From positions 68,135-132,134 of the forward strand of contig CACDOH010000001.1 of assembly GCA_902554325.1 (NCBI GenBank): a DNA stretch of 64,000 nucleotides. Reading direction: 5' to 3'. Of this stretch, positions 12,868-22,066 are shown piece after piece (positions within the stretch are counted from its first letter, which is position 1; every line of letters begins with the position of its first letter). The DNA is from an uncultured Pelagibacteraceae bacterium. GTDB taxonomy: Bacteria > Pseudomonadota > Alphaproteobacteria > Pelagibacterales > AG-422-B15. The translations under genes were made by a program, and so were the position numbers. The notes under the pieces were generated by a model that was not told the DNA's origin, did no database searches, and saw nothing but the letters and a program-made list of their open reading frames with translations.

Positions 12868-13251
12868 TCAAGTGTTAGTCTTCTTGCTTTCAAGTAAGAT
12901 TTTGTATAGCTCCATAAAGTCATCTAACCTTAAAACGCACAATGAATTACCAGTTGTTTCCCTATTTCTTCTTGTAATTACCACAGGAAATGAGTCTGAT
13001 TTAGATGTTTCAATATTTTCTTCGACTTGCTTAATTGACTCATGGATTTTAAATTTTTCAGTTCTCTTTGCCTCAACGTAAATATGAGGAGTGTTTTTTA
13101 AATCACTTCCTCCTGATGATTTTATTGCTCCACCACCAGACAGTGGCATTCGTTGTACAAGATCATCTCCACCAAAAACTTTTTCGTTAAAATATTTCGC
13201 TAACTCTCTTTCATATCCATCACCTTTTCTTTTTGGAGAGCTACCTGGCAT
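12868..13251 (-). CDS. Hjc-like (archaeal/phage-type) PD-(D/E)XK Holliday junction resolvase
   Basis: N-terminal KRKGDGYERELAK helix, GSD (PD-site Asp), YVEAKR (E-x-K), downstream Q and PVVITRRNR. No RuvC RNase-H motif (GIDPG). Confidence 0.75.
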   Translation of the reverse strand: MPGSSPKRKGDGYERELAKYFNEKVFGGDDLVQRMPLSGGGAIKSSGGSDLKNTPHIYVEAKRTEKFKIHESIKQVEENIETSKSDSFPVVITRRNRETTGNSLCVLRLDDFMELYKILLESKKTNT

Positions 13252-13319
13252 AAAAACGAATCAAATTTATCAATTCATTAAAGACTAATTAATATATTAA
13301 GATTTTAAAAGTTAATTAA

Positions 13320-14063
13320 TTAAGCAATTCTGCTTAATTCTTCATCGCTTGCCTCAAAATTTGAAAAGATATGTTGAACATCCTCGTCACCATCAAGCTC
13401 ATTTATTAGATTTATAAGTGATTTTAACCTATCACCTTCAACTTTAACTAATATATTTGGTCTCCACTGAAAACCAGATGAGACGGGCTCGCCGTATTTA
13501 GAAGCTAACAAGTCGTAAAACTTTGACAATGCATCAGGTAAGCATACCGTTTCATATTCATCCTCTTCTAAAAAACAATCTTCCGCACCATTTTCAATTG
13601 AGAAGTTAAAAAACTCATCCTCATTTGCAATATCTTTATTGAATTTCAGAAAACCATAATGTTTAAATGCATGAGAAACCGACCCTGTTTCACCTAATGA
13701 TCCACCAAACTTTTGAAACGTTGATCTGACATTAGATGCCGTTCTGTTTCTATTATCAGTCAGTGCCTCAACAATTATAGATGTACCTGCTGGGCCAAAT
13801 CCTTCATATCTCATCTGGTCATAATTAATAGTATCTTTCTCTAAAGACTTTTTTATAGCACGGTCAATATTCTCTTTTGGAAAACTCGATGCCTTTGCAA
13901 GTTGAATGGCCGATCTCAATCTAGCATTTTGATTAGGGTCTGGAGAACCTAACTTTGCTGCAACAGTTATTTCTTTAGATAACTTAGAAAATAGTCCTGC
14001 TCTTTTTTTGTCTTGCGCTCCTTTTCGATATTGAATATTTTTAAACTTAGAGTGACCCGCCAT
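13320..14063 (-). CDS. yebC: YebC/PmpR family protein
   Basis: MAGHSKFKNI, YEGFGPAG, TDNRNRT, EDVQ. Confidence 0.96.
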   Translation of the reverse strand: MAGHSKFKNIQYRKGAQDKKRAGLFSKLSKEITVAAKLGSPDPNQNARLRSAIQLAKASSFPKENIDRAIKKSLEKDTINYDQMRYEGFGPAGTSIIVEALTDNRNRTASNVRSTFQKFGGSLGETGSVSHAFKHYGFLKFNKDIANEDEFFNFSIENGAEDCFLEEDEYETVCLPDALSKFYDLLASKYGEPVSSGFQWRPNILVKVEGDRLKSLINLINELDGDEDVQHIFSNFEASDEELSRIA

Positions 14064-14864
14064 TTAATTTCCTATTTTTCCCCCAATACGAATTGATTGA
14101 ATATTTTTAGCAAGTAAATTGTCATGCTGCGATTCTATGATTACTCCACATAATGTGCCTACCCCATCGGCAGGTGGTACTCTTTTTCTTTCAGTGTCTT
14201 GTGTTGCAAATTTTCTTACAAATTCTTGTTTTTTCGTTCCTATTACAGAGTCGTAATCACCACACATACCTGCATCTGTTTGATAAGCTGTCCCATGTTC
14301 CATAATAGTAGCATCAGCTGTTGGAACGTGCGTATGCGTCCCTACTACCGCGGTTACACGTCCATCAAGATGATGACCCATGGCCATCTTCTCACTCGAT
14401 GCTTCAGCATGAAAATCTACAAATATGAATGATAAATCTTTTACATCAATTTTTTGCAATACCTCCTCGATTTTGAAAAAAGCATTGTCACAGGAGCGCA
14501 TAAATAGGTTGCCCATTATATTAATAACTGCAATTTTTTCCTTATTGTCCAACTCATAAATATTAAAGCCTAGTCCAGGAGATCCTTCAGCAAAATTATA
14601 AGGTTTTAATAGATTTTGATCCTTGTCGATGTAATTAGTGATTTCTTTTTGATCCCACAAATGATTTCCTGTAGTAATGACATTTACACCGTAAGAATAC
14701 AATTCATTACATATACTTTCTGTAATACCAAAACCACCTGCAGCGTTTTCACCATTTGCTATTACAAAATCAATATTATTATCAATAATTGCTTGTGGCA
14801 GATGATCTCTTAAGGAATGCCTGCCAGATCTACCCATTACATCCCCTAGGAATAAAATTTTCAT
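14064..14864 (-). CDS. YmdB-family (TIGR00282) metallophosphoesterase
   Basis: GDVMG, NGENAAGGFG, TGNH, DFHAEASSEK, GTHTHVPTAD, TDAGMCG. Confidence 0.93.
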   Translation of the reverse strand: MKILFLGDVMGRSGRHSLRDHLPQAIIDNNIDFVIANGENAAGGFGITESICNELYSYGVNVITTGNHLWDQKEITNYIDKDQNLLKPYNFAEGSPGLGFNIYELDNKEKIAVINIMGNLFMRSCDNAFFKIEEVLQKIDVKDLSFIFVDFHAEASSEKMAMGHHLDGRVTAVVGTHTHVPTADATIMEHGTAYQTDAGMCGDYDSVIGTKKQEFVRKFATQDTERKRVPPADGVGTLCGVIIESQHDNLLAKNIQSIRIGGKIGN

Positions 14865-15436
14865 ATTACTTTATATAAATAACTTTCTGTTAAAATCCAA
14901 TCAAGTTTTTGATCATGATCTTCAATTGGAATTTTATAAACATTTTGAAAAGAAAATCCTAATCCTACTCTAATAATTTCTTTTTCTTCTTGAAAAGAAA
15001 AATATTTATCATAAAAACCTCCACCATATCCTAGTCTAAAACCACTTTCATTAAATGCTAGTAAAGGCACTAATACTAGTTTTGGAAAAATAATTTCATT
15101 AGTTATCTCAGGTTCTAAAATATTATATTTATTTTTAATTAATTTAGTTCCAGTACTATATTTAAAAAAATTAATTTCATTAGTTTGATAATCAATTTTA
15201 GGTAAGCAAATATTTAAATTTTTTTCAATCAGGTATTTATGTATAGCATTAGTACTTAATTCAGAATTATAATCGATATATGAACCTACATAATCATTAT
15301 TCATATTATTTAATAATGGACGTAAATGTACGTGAGACATATTTTTTTCTTCATAGTCTCTTGATAGGTGCTTTCTTCTGTTGATTAAAAATTTGCGTAA
15401 TATTTTTTTTTCTAGATGATGCTCTGTATTAATCAT
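14861..15436 (-). CDS. ygfA: 5-formyltetrahydrofolate cyclo-ligase (YgfA/Fau)
   Basis: VPLLAF..GFRLGYGGGFYD and HDQKLD. Confidence 0.93.
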   Translation of the reverse strand: MINTEHHLEKKILRKFLINRRKHLSRDYEEKNMSHVHLRPLLNNMNNDYVGSYIDYNSELSTNAIHKYLIEKNLNICLPKIDYQTNEINFFKYSTGTKLIKNKYNILEPEITNEIIFPKLVLVPLLAFNESGFRLGYGGGFYDKYFSFQEEKEIIRVGLGFSFQNVYKIPIEDHDQKLDWILTESYLYKVI

Positions 15437-15459
15437 TAATATTAATGATTAGAAATTTC

Positions 15460-15822
15460 TTAACTTGCCTGTGAAAGCTTAGATAGTAAATCTGTTAATT
15501 TTTCATTATTAGTTTCAATGTATTTTTGACTTTCCATTTGTTGTTGGTCTAAAATTTTTTCTTTTGAATTAATACTTGTTTGAAGCTCTTCAATCTTAGT
15601 CAAATTTGCACTTAATTTTTGATTAAGGTCGTGTATCTCATCAGCAATCAGCAACGAAGCCATTACCATGAGCCTTGTTTCACCTATTTTTCCAAATCTT
15701 TTGGTCAACTCTCTGACTTTAAAGTCAATTCGCGAACTAAGTTGCTTTAAGTGATTTTCTTCACCAGGATCGCAAACTATCGCATAATCTTGATCATTAA
15801 TATTTACAACTATTTCAGGCAT
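15460..15822 (-). CDS. zapA: Cell division protein ZapA (start at ATG 15822)
   Basis: INDQDYAIVCDPGEENHL, GETRLMVMASLLIADE, C-terminal coiled coil. Confidence 0.9.
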   Translation of the reverse strand: MPEIVVNINDQDYAIVCDPGEENHLKQLSSRIDFKVRELTKRFGKIGETRLMVMASLLIADEIHDLNQKLSANLTKIEELQTSINSKEKILDQQQMESQKYIETNNEKLTDLLSKLSQAS

Positions 15823-15825
15823 CAA

Positions 15826-16089
15826 TTATGAATCCAATATGTCTTTAATTGTATAAATATTTTCATCAAGCTGAGATGAAATATTTCCGGCAATATTTTT
15901 GAGCTCTAGAAAATCAGATTTTAAGATTTTAATTTCGTTTTCAAGGTGGTTATTTTCACTTAGAAGTTTTGCATTTTCATTTTCTAGAGACGAAACTTTT
16001 TTTGCTTCTTGTGACAATTTTTCAATCTCTCTGCCAAGGTTAGCAATGGTGTTACTGAATTGATCTTTAGTATCTTGATATGTTGACAT
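15826..16089 (-). CDS. Small coiled-coil protein upstream of zapA (DUF4164/ZapB-like position)
   Basis: 87 aa with a heptad pattern, at the conserved alphaproteobacterial position between tkt and zapA. Confidence 0.65.
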   Translation of the reverse strand: MSTYQDTKDQFSNTIANLGREIEKLSQEAKKVSSLENENAKLLSENNHLENEIKILKSDFLELKNIAGNISSQLDENIYTIKDILDS

Positions 16090-16152
16090 GTCGCACCCTT
16101 AATCTTTAGGGGGAGTTTAACTGTCTTTTTTATTCCCAGTCAACTTTTAAAA

Positions 16153-16181
16153 TCACAAAAAAAATTAAATTTTTTTTGTGA
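16153..16181. repeat. Perfect 13-bp inverted repeat in the divergent zap/tkt intergenic region
   Basis: TCACAAAAAAAAT-TAA-ATTTTTTTTGTGA. Confidence 0.85.
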
Positions 16182-16253
16182 ATAAGATATTATAATCTAA
16201 GACTCTTTCCACTTTATTGCTTATATTAGGCTCATTATTGGTATTATAAATAA

Positions 16254-18251
16254 ATGTCTCAAAACTTAAATTCATCTTCTATCCCTCACGAGAATATGGC
16301 AAATGCCATAAGATTCTTATCGATAGACGCAGTGGAGAAAGCTAAGAGCGGACACCCTGGATTGCCAATGGGAATGGCTGATGTTGCTACTATTCTTTTC
16401 ACTAAATTTCTGAAATTTAATTCTGCTGCCCCCAAGTGGCATGATAGAGATAGATTTGTATTATCTGCAGGTCACGGCTCGATGCTTCTGTATTCACTTC
16501 TGTATCTCACTGGTTACCGTGATATGACCATAAAGGATATTAAAAGATTTAGACAACTTAATAGTAAATGTGCAGGTCATCCAGAATATGGACATGCTCA
16601 AGGTATTGAAACAACTACTGGCCCTCTAGGTCAGGGAATAGGAAATGCTGTAGGAATGGCATTAGCTGAAAAAATACTGAACAGCCAATTTGGAGATAAG
16701 ACTGTCGATCACTATACGTACGTAATAGCCAGTGATGGTGACTTGATGGAAGGCATATCTCATGAGGTCGCTTCATTTGCGGGTCATTTGAAGTTAAATA
16801 AGCTAATTGTTTTTTTTGATGATAATGGAGTTTCAATTGACGGACCTGTTAAACTCTCGAATTCTGAAAAGACAACTGACCGCTTTAAGGCCTATGGATG
16901 GAACACAATAAAAATTAATGGGCATAATAAAGATGAAATTATAAAAGCGATAACAAAAGCTAAAAAATCAAAAAAACCTACTCTAATTTCTTGTAAAACA
17001 AAAATTGGATTCGGCTCACCTAACAAACAAGGTAAATCTTCCTCTCATGGTAGTCCACTTGGGGAAGAAGAAGTAAGCTTAACTAGATCCAAACTAAAGT
17101 GGCCCCATAAGCCCTTTGCGGTTCCAACAGATGTATTAAATGAATGGAAAAAGTCTGGCAAGAGATCAACTGATGCATATAAAAAATGGAAAATAGATTT
17201 TGAAAAACTGTCCAAAAAGAAAAAAGATGAATTTGTAAGAAGAATTAGTGGAAATACTCCAAAAAAAGTTAATCTGCTTTTAAGCAAGTTTAAAAAAAAC
17301 TCAATAAAAAAACCAATTGATATAGCAACACGGCAAGCCTCTGAGATGGTGATTAACCAAATTGCACCCATCATGCCAGAATTAGTTGGTGGATCTGCAG
17401 ATCTTACCGGTTCAAACAATACCAAAGGTAACAAAGTGGATGTTATTAATTCAAAAAATTACCGAGGTAATTATATCTATTATGGAATAAGAGAGCATGG
17501 AATGGCAGCCATTATGAATGGCTTATCATTACATAGGGGCATAATACCATTTGGAGGAACATTTTTAATATTTTTAGATTACTGTAAGCCTTCTCTTAGA
17601 CTTGCGGCTCTTATGAAACAGAGGGCTATTTATATTTTAACACATGACTCAATTGGCTTGGGTGAAGATGGCCCAACTCATCAACCAATTGAACAGCTGG
17701 CATCTCTAAGGGCAACGCCAAATGTAAAAGTATTCCGGCCTGCTGATGTTATTGAAACAGCTGAAGCTTGGGAATTGGCTTTATCAAATCAAAAAGGTCC
17801 ATCTGTTATTGCCTTAACTAGACAAAAGCTGCCTATGCTTAGAAAGAAATATTACACAAAAAATATTAGTTCTCAGGGTGCATATGAAATTAAAAGTAAC
17901 TCTAAAAATCCAGATGTTTCAATCTATGCCTCAGGTTCTGAGGTAGAAATAGGTATACAGCTAATGAGTCTACTAGAAAAAAAGAAAAAAAATGTAAGAG
18001 TGATTTCTGTGCCCTGCATGGAGCTATTTAAAATTCAAAATAAGACATATCAAAAAAAGATCAGAGGGAATTCTAAGTTAAATATATCAATTGAAGCAGG
18101 CTCTAGTTTTGGATGGAGTGACATCTCTGGAGGGAATACTGTGAATATATGCATGAAAGATTTTGGAGCCAGCGCTCCCTATCAAAAACTTTATGATTAC
18201 TATGGCTTCACAGCAAAAAAAATATTAAAGCAAGTAATTAAAAAAATATAG
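16254..18251 (+). CDS. tkt: Transketolase
   Basis: SGHPG, DRFVLSAGH, TTGPLGQG, SDGDLMEG, THDSIGLGEDGPTHQP. Confidence 0.98.
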   Translation: MSQNLNSSSIPHENMANAIRFLSIDAVEKAKSGHPGLPMGMADVATILFTKFLKFNSAAPKWHDRDRFVLSAGHGSMLLYSLLYLTGYRDMTIKDIKRFRQLNSKCAGHPEYGHAQGIETTTGPLGQGIGNAVGMALAEKILNSQFGDKTVDHYTYVIASDGDLMEGISHEVASFAGHLKLNKLIVFFDDNGVSIDGPVKLSNSEKTTDRFKAYGWNTIKINGHNKDEIIKAITKAKKSKKPTLISCKTKIGFGSPNKQGKSSSHGSPLGEEEVSLTRSKLKWPHKPFAVPTDVLNEWKKSGKRSTDAYKKWKIDFEKLSKKKKDEFVRRISGNTPKKVNLLLSKFKKNSIKKPIDIATRQASEMVINQIAPIMPELVGGSADLTGSNNTKGNKVDVINSKNYRGNYIYYGIREHGMAAIMNGLSLHRGIIPFGGTFLIFLDYCKPSLRLAALMKQRAIYILTHDSIGLGEDGPTHQPIEQLASLRATPNVKVFRPADVIETAEAWELALSNQKGPSVIALTRQKLPMLRKKYYTKNISSQGAYEIKSNSKNPDVSIYASGSEVEIGIQLMSLLEKKKKNVRVISVPCMELFKIQNKTYQKKIRGNSKLNISIEAGSSFGWSDISGGNTVNICMKDFGASAPYQKLYDYYGFTAKKILKQVIKKI

Positions 18252-18262
18252 GAGTTATCAAA

Positions 18263-19273
18263 ATGGCAGTAAATGTTGCAATTAGTGGGTTTGGAAGAAT
18301 TGGTAGATTAGTTCTTAGATCAATTATAGAGAGTAAACGTAAGGATATTAATGTTGTTGCAATAAATGACTTAGCGCCTGTTGATACAAACGCATTCTTA
18401 CTAGCGAATGATACGGTGCATGGACCTTTAAACGAAAAAATTTCTGTAAAGAAAAACAAAATGACCATTGGAAGGAAAACTATTTTAGTGCTTAATGAAA
18501 GAGATCCACAAAAACTTCCATGGAAAAAAATGAAAATTGACGTAGCACTTGAATGTACTGGTTTATTTACCTCAAAAGAAAAAGCATCTATGCATATCAA
18601 AGCGGGAGCAAAAAAAGTTCTTGTCTCTGCCCCCTGCTCTGAAGCTGATAAAACAATAGTATATGGGGTAAACGAACAAGAAATAACTCGCAATGATCTA
18701 GTTGTTTCGAATGCATCTTGCACTACGAACTGTTTGGCACCAGTAGTTAAAGTTCTTCACGAAAAATTTGGAATTGTTCATGGATATATGACTACCATTC
18801 ATGCATTTACAGGTGACCAAAGTGTTTTGGATACATTTCATCCTGATTTAAGAAGAGCTAGAGCTGCTTCAATGTCAATGATACCTACATCAACAGGTGC
18901 CGCCAAAGCAGTTGGGTTAGTGATGCCAGAATTATCAGGAAAACTAGATGGAACGGCAATTAGAGTGCCAACTCCCAATGTATCACTTATCGATTTTAAA
19001 TTTGTATCAAAAAAAATAATGAAAGTTGATAGCGTAAATAAAGCTATGACCGCTGCGTCACGATCCAATAAATTAAAAGGCATACTTAACGTTAATTCAG
19101 AGCCACTGGTTTCATCAGATTTTAATCATAATCCTGCTTCGTCAAATTTTGACCTGACTCAAACACAAGTCATTGATGGAAAATTTGGAAGAGTTTTAAG
19201 TTGGTATGATAATGAGTGGGGTTTCTCAAATAGAATGTGTGATACTGCAGTAGCAATGAAAAGATCAAAATAG
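18263..19273 (+). CDS. gap: Glyceraldehyde-3-phosphate dehydrogenase, type I
   Basis: GFGRIGR, SNASCTTNCLAP, WYDNEWGFS; SD AGGAG upstream. Confidence 0.98.
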   Translation: MAVNVAISGFGRIGRLVLRSIIESKRKDINVVAINDLAPVDTNAFLLANDTVHGPLNEKISVKKNKMTIGRKTILVLNERDPQKLPWKKMKIDVALECTGLFTSKEKASMHIKAGAKKVLVSAPCSEADKTIVYGVNEQEITRNDLVVSNASCTTNCLAPVVKVLHEKFGIVHGYMTTIHAFTGDQSVLDTFHPDLRRARAASMSMIPTSTGAAKAVGLVMPELSGKLDGTAIRVPTPNVSLIDFKFVSKKIMKVDSVNKAMTAASRSNKLKGILNVNSEPLVSSDFNHNPASSNFDLTQTQVIDGKFGRVLSWYDNEWGFSNRMCDTAVAMKRSK

Positions 19274-19275
19274 TA

Positions 19276-20472
19276 ATGCTAGATGTCTCTAATCTAAAAA
19301 AAATTACTGAGAAAAATAAAACTATATTAATAAGATTTGATCTTAACGTTCCACTAAATTCTATTGATGAATATATTAGTGATAGAATAATCAGAATTAA
19401 AAAACCTATTTTAGATCTTTTGCATGAAAATCATAAAGTCATTATTTTATCTCACTTGGGTAGACCAAAAGGAGAAATAAAGGATGAACTATCATTGCAA
19501 CAAGTAGTTCCTCAGCTAGAAAAAGTTCTTGAAAAAAAGATAAATTTCTTACCAGATTGTATCGGAAACGAAATAAAAGATAAAATTAATTCCCTTGAAT
19601 ATGGAACAGTTATTTTATTAGAAAACTGTAGATTCTATAAAGAAGAGGAAGAGAATGATCATGACTTTGCAAAAAAATTATCTGAGTTAGCTGATGTTTA
19701 CATAAATGATGCATTTGCCTGTGCGCACCGCGCACATGCATCAATTGAGGCAATATCGCATTTCATGCCTTCATATTGTGGCGATCTTCTTGAAGAAGAA
19801 ATAATTAATTTGCAAGAAGTGATACATGAACCTCTTAGTCCTGCTCTCACAATAATAGGAGGTTCTAAAATATCCACAAAAATTACTGTTCTTAAAAATT
19901 TATCAAAAAAAATGGATACCATTGTCATAGCTGGCGGTATGGCAAATAACTTTTTGAAATACCATGGATATAATATCCAAAAATCATTGCATGAGGAAAA
20001 TGTCGACCACTTAATTACAGAAATATTGGATTTTTCGTCAAAAAATAATTGTAGGTTAGTTTTGCCAATTGATGTGGTCACAGCAGATAAAATTTCAGAC
20101 AAGACAGACACTAAAGAGTCTGAAATTGATAATATTGAAGAACAAAATATGATTCTGGATATAGGCAAAAATACATTGAAGTTAATAAAAAATGAAATTA
20201 GTAAATCTAAAACTGTATTCTGGAATGGTCCACTTGGAGTATTTGAAACTTCTCCGTTTGACAAAGGCACTGTAGAAATTGCAAATTATATTGGCACTCT
20301 AACTGAAAATAATAAAATTAGGTCATTTGCTGGCGGAGGTGATACAATTTCTGCGTTGGATTTAGCCCGTGTGAAAGATAAATTTTCTTATGTTTCTACT
20401 GGCGGTGGTGCATTACTTGAGCTAATAGAAGGTAAGAAATTACCAGGCCTGGTCGCATTAGGAATTTTATAA
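19276..20472 (+). CDS. pgk: Phosphoglycerate kinase
   Basis: DLNVP, SHLGRP, HRAHAS, WNGPLGVFE, GGGDT, STGGGA. Confidence 0.97.
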   Translation: MLDVSNLKKITEKNKTILIRFDLNVPLNSIDEYISDRIIRIKKPILDLLHENHKVIILSHLGRPKGEIKDELSLQQVVPQLEKVLEKKINFLPDCIGNEIKDKINSLEYGTVILLENCRFYKEEEENDHDFAKKLSELADVYINDAFACAHRAHASIEAISHFMPSYCGDLLEEEIINLQEVIHEPLSPALTIIGGSKISTKITVLKNLSKKMDTIVIAGGMANNFLKYHGYNIQKSLHEENVDHLITEILDFSSKNNCRLVLPIDVVTADKISDKTDTKESEIDNIEEQNMILDIGKNTLKLIKNEISKSKTVFWNGPLGVFETSPFDKGTVEIANYIGTLTENNKIRSFAGGGDTISALDLARVKDKFSYVSTGGGALLELIEGKKLPGLVALGIL

Positions 20473-20484
20473 TAGGAGATGAAA

Positions 20485-21498
20485 ATGATACCAAAAACTC
20501 TAGAAGATATTGCAAGCTATATTGTAAAGGACGGCAAAGGAATACTAGCAGCTGACGAAAGCACTGGAACAATAGAAAAAAGATTTAAGTCAATTGACGT
20601 GGAGTCAACTGAAGATAACAGAAGAAAATATAGAGAAATGCTTTTTAGATCTCCCGCTATGGCAGAGGCTATAGGTGGGGTAATTTTATTTGATGAGACC
20701 CTGAGACAAAAAGCAAAAGATGGATCATATTTAAGAGACGTAATTTTAAACCATGGGTCACTTCCTGGAATTAAGGTAGACCAAGGAGTAAAAGAACTGG
20801 AAGATAATTCTAATGAAAAAATCACAACTGGATTAGATGGCCTAAATGAACGTTGTAGAGAATATGATGCATTGGGTGCTAAATTTACTAAATGGAGAGC
20901 GGTAATCAATATTAGCGAAGGCATGCCATCTACAAAATGTATCAATGAAAATATGTTAGCTTTATCCGAGTACGCCCTTATAGCTCAAGAAAATAATATG
21001 GTCCCAATAGTTGAACCTGAAGTCATTATGGATGGTCCGCATACAATAGATCAATGCTATGACGTTACTAAAAATACATTATCTATACTTTTTGAAATGC
21101 TTGATAAAAAAAATATAAATATTAGGGGCACCCTTTTAAAACCTAACATGGTAGTTTCAGGAACAGAGAATAGTCATCAAGCAAATTATAAGGAAGTTGC
21201 AGAAAAAACTCTTGATTGCCTCAGTTTGTCTGTGCCTGATGAATTGCCAGGTATCGTTTTCCTATCGGGTGGTCAATCTGATATTGATGCAACAGCACAC
21301 TTAGATGAGATGAATAAAATTGGAGGGTTTAAATGGAAACTAAGTTTTTCTTATGGAAGAGCATTGCAGCAAGCAGCATTGAAAGCTTGGTTAGGTAATG
21401 ACAGTAATCTAGAACATGCCCAAAAAGCATTTGGCCATCGTGCAATCATGAATATGAAAGCTTCTTTGGGTGAATGGAGCGAGTCACTTGAGGCTTAA
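20485..21498 (+). CDS. fba: Fructose-bisphosphate aldolase class I (start probably ATG 20485)
   Basis: GKGILAADES, GIKVD, KWRAV, VPIVEPE, LLKPNMV, FLSGGQ, SFSYGRALQ; AGGAG lies 6 nt before 20485. Confidence 0.96.
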   Translation: MIPKTLEDIASYIVKDGKGILAADESTGTIEKRFKSIDVESTEDNRRKYREMLFRSPAMAEAIGGVILFDETLRQKAKDGSYLRDVILNHGSLPGIKVDQGVKELEDNSNEKITTGLDGLNERCREYDALGAKFTKWRAVINISEGMPSTKCINENMLALSEYALIAQENNMVPIVEPEVIMDGPHTIDQCYDVTKNTLSILFEMLDKKNINIRGTLLKPNMVVSGTENSHQANYKEVAEKTLDCLSLSVPDELPGIVFLSGGQSDIDATAHLDEMNKIGGFKWKLSFSYGRALQQAALKAWLGNDSNLEHAQKAFGHRAIMNMKASLGEWSESLEA

Positions 21499-21502
21499 TT
21501 AA

Positions 21503-22066
21503 ATGAAAATTAATGGAAATTCTGTAAAACCAGGCATGATTTTAGAGCATAAGGGTGAGTTATGGACTGTTGCCAAATCACAATCTGTAAAACCAGGCAA
21601 GGGTGGAGCATTCAACCAGGTTGAAATGAAAAATATTAAAACTGGAACAAAACTTAATGAGAGGTTCAGAGCCTCTGAAGAAGTGGAGCGTGTACGGGTG
21701 GATGAAGAAAAGTACCAATATTTATATAAACAAGATGGTAAACTAGTTTTTATGAATACGGACTCATATGAACAAATAGAACTGGATTCAGAAATTGCTG
21801 GAGATCGAATGGTCTTAATGAGTGAAAATGACGAAGTTATAATTGAAATGTACAATGATAAAGCTATAGGCATACAACTTCCAAAGACACTCTCCTTTAC
21901 TGTTAATGAAACGGAGGCGGTTGTGAAGGGTCAAACAGCTGCATCTTCAAATAAACCTGCAATATTAGAGAATGGTATAAGAGTAATGGTGCCGCCGTTT
22001 ATTGAACAAGGTGAAAAAATTGAAATCAATACAGAGGACTTAACCTATTCTAAAAGAGCTGACTAA
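21503..22066 (+). CDS. efp: Elongation factor P
   Basis: KPGKGGAF loop; VKGQTAASSNKPA..VPPFI. Confidence 0.97.
   Translation: MKINGNSVKPGMILEHKGELWTVAKSQSVKPGKGGAFNQVEMKNIKTGTKLNERFRASEEVERVRVDEEKYQYLYKQDGKLVFMNTDSYEQIELDSEIAGDRMVLMSENDEVIIEMYNDKAIGIQLPKTLSFTVNETEAVVKGQTAASSNKPAILENGIRVMVPPFIEQGEKIEINTEDLTYSKRAD

Noticed and set aside
13305..13319. Exact TTAA-N7-TTAA (CtrA-like) upstream of the Hjc-like gene
   Set aside because: Lies in a nearly pure A/T stretch with several overlapping TTAA, so it is not distinguishable from background.
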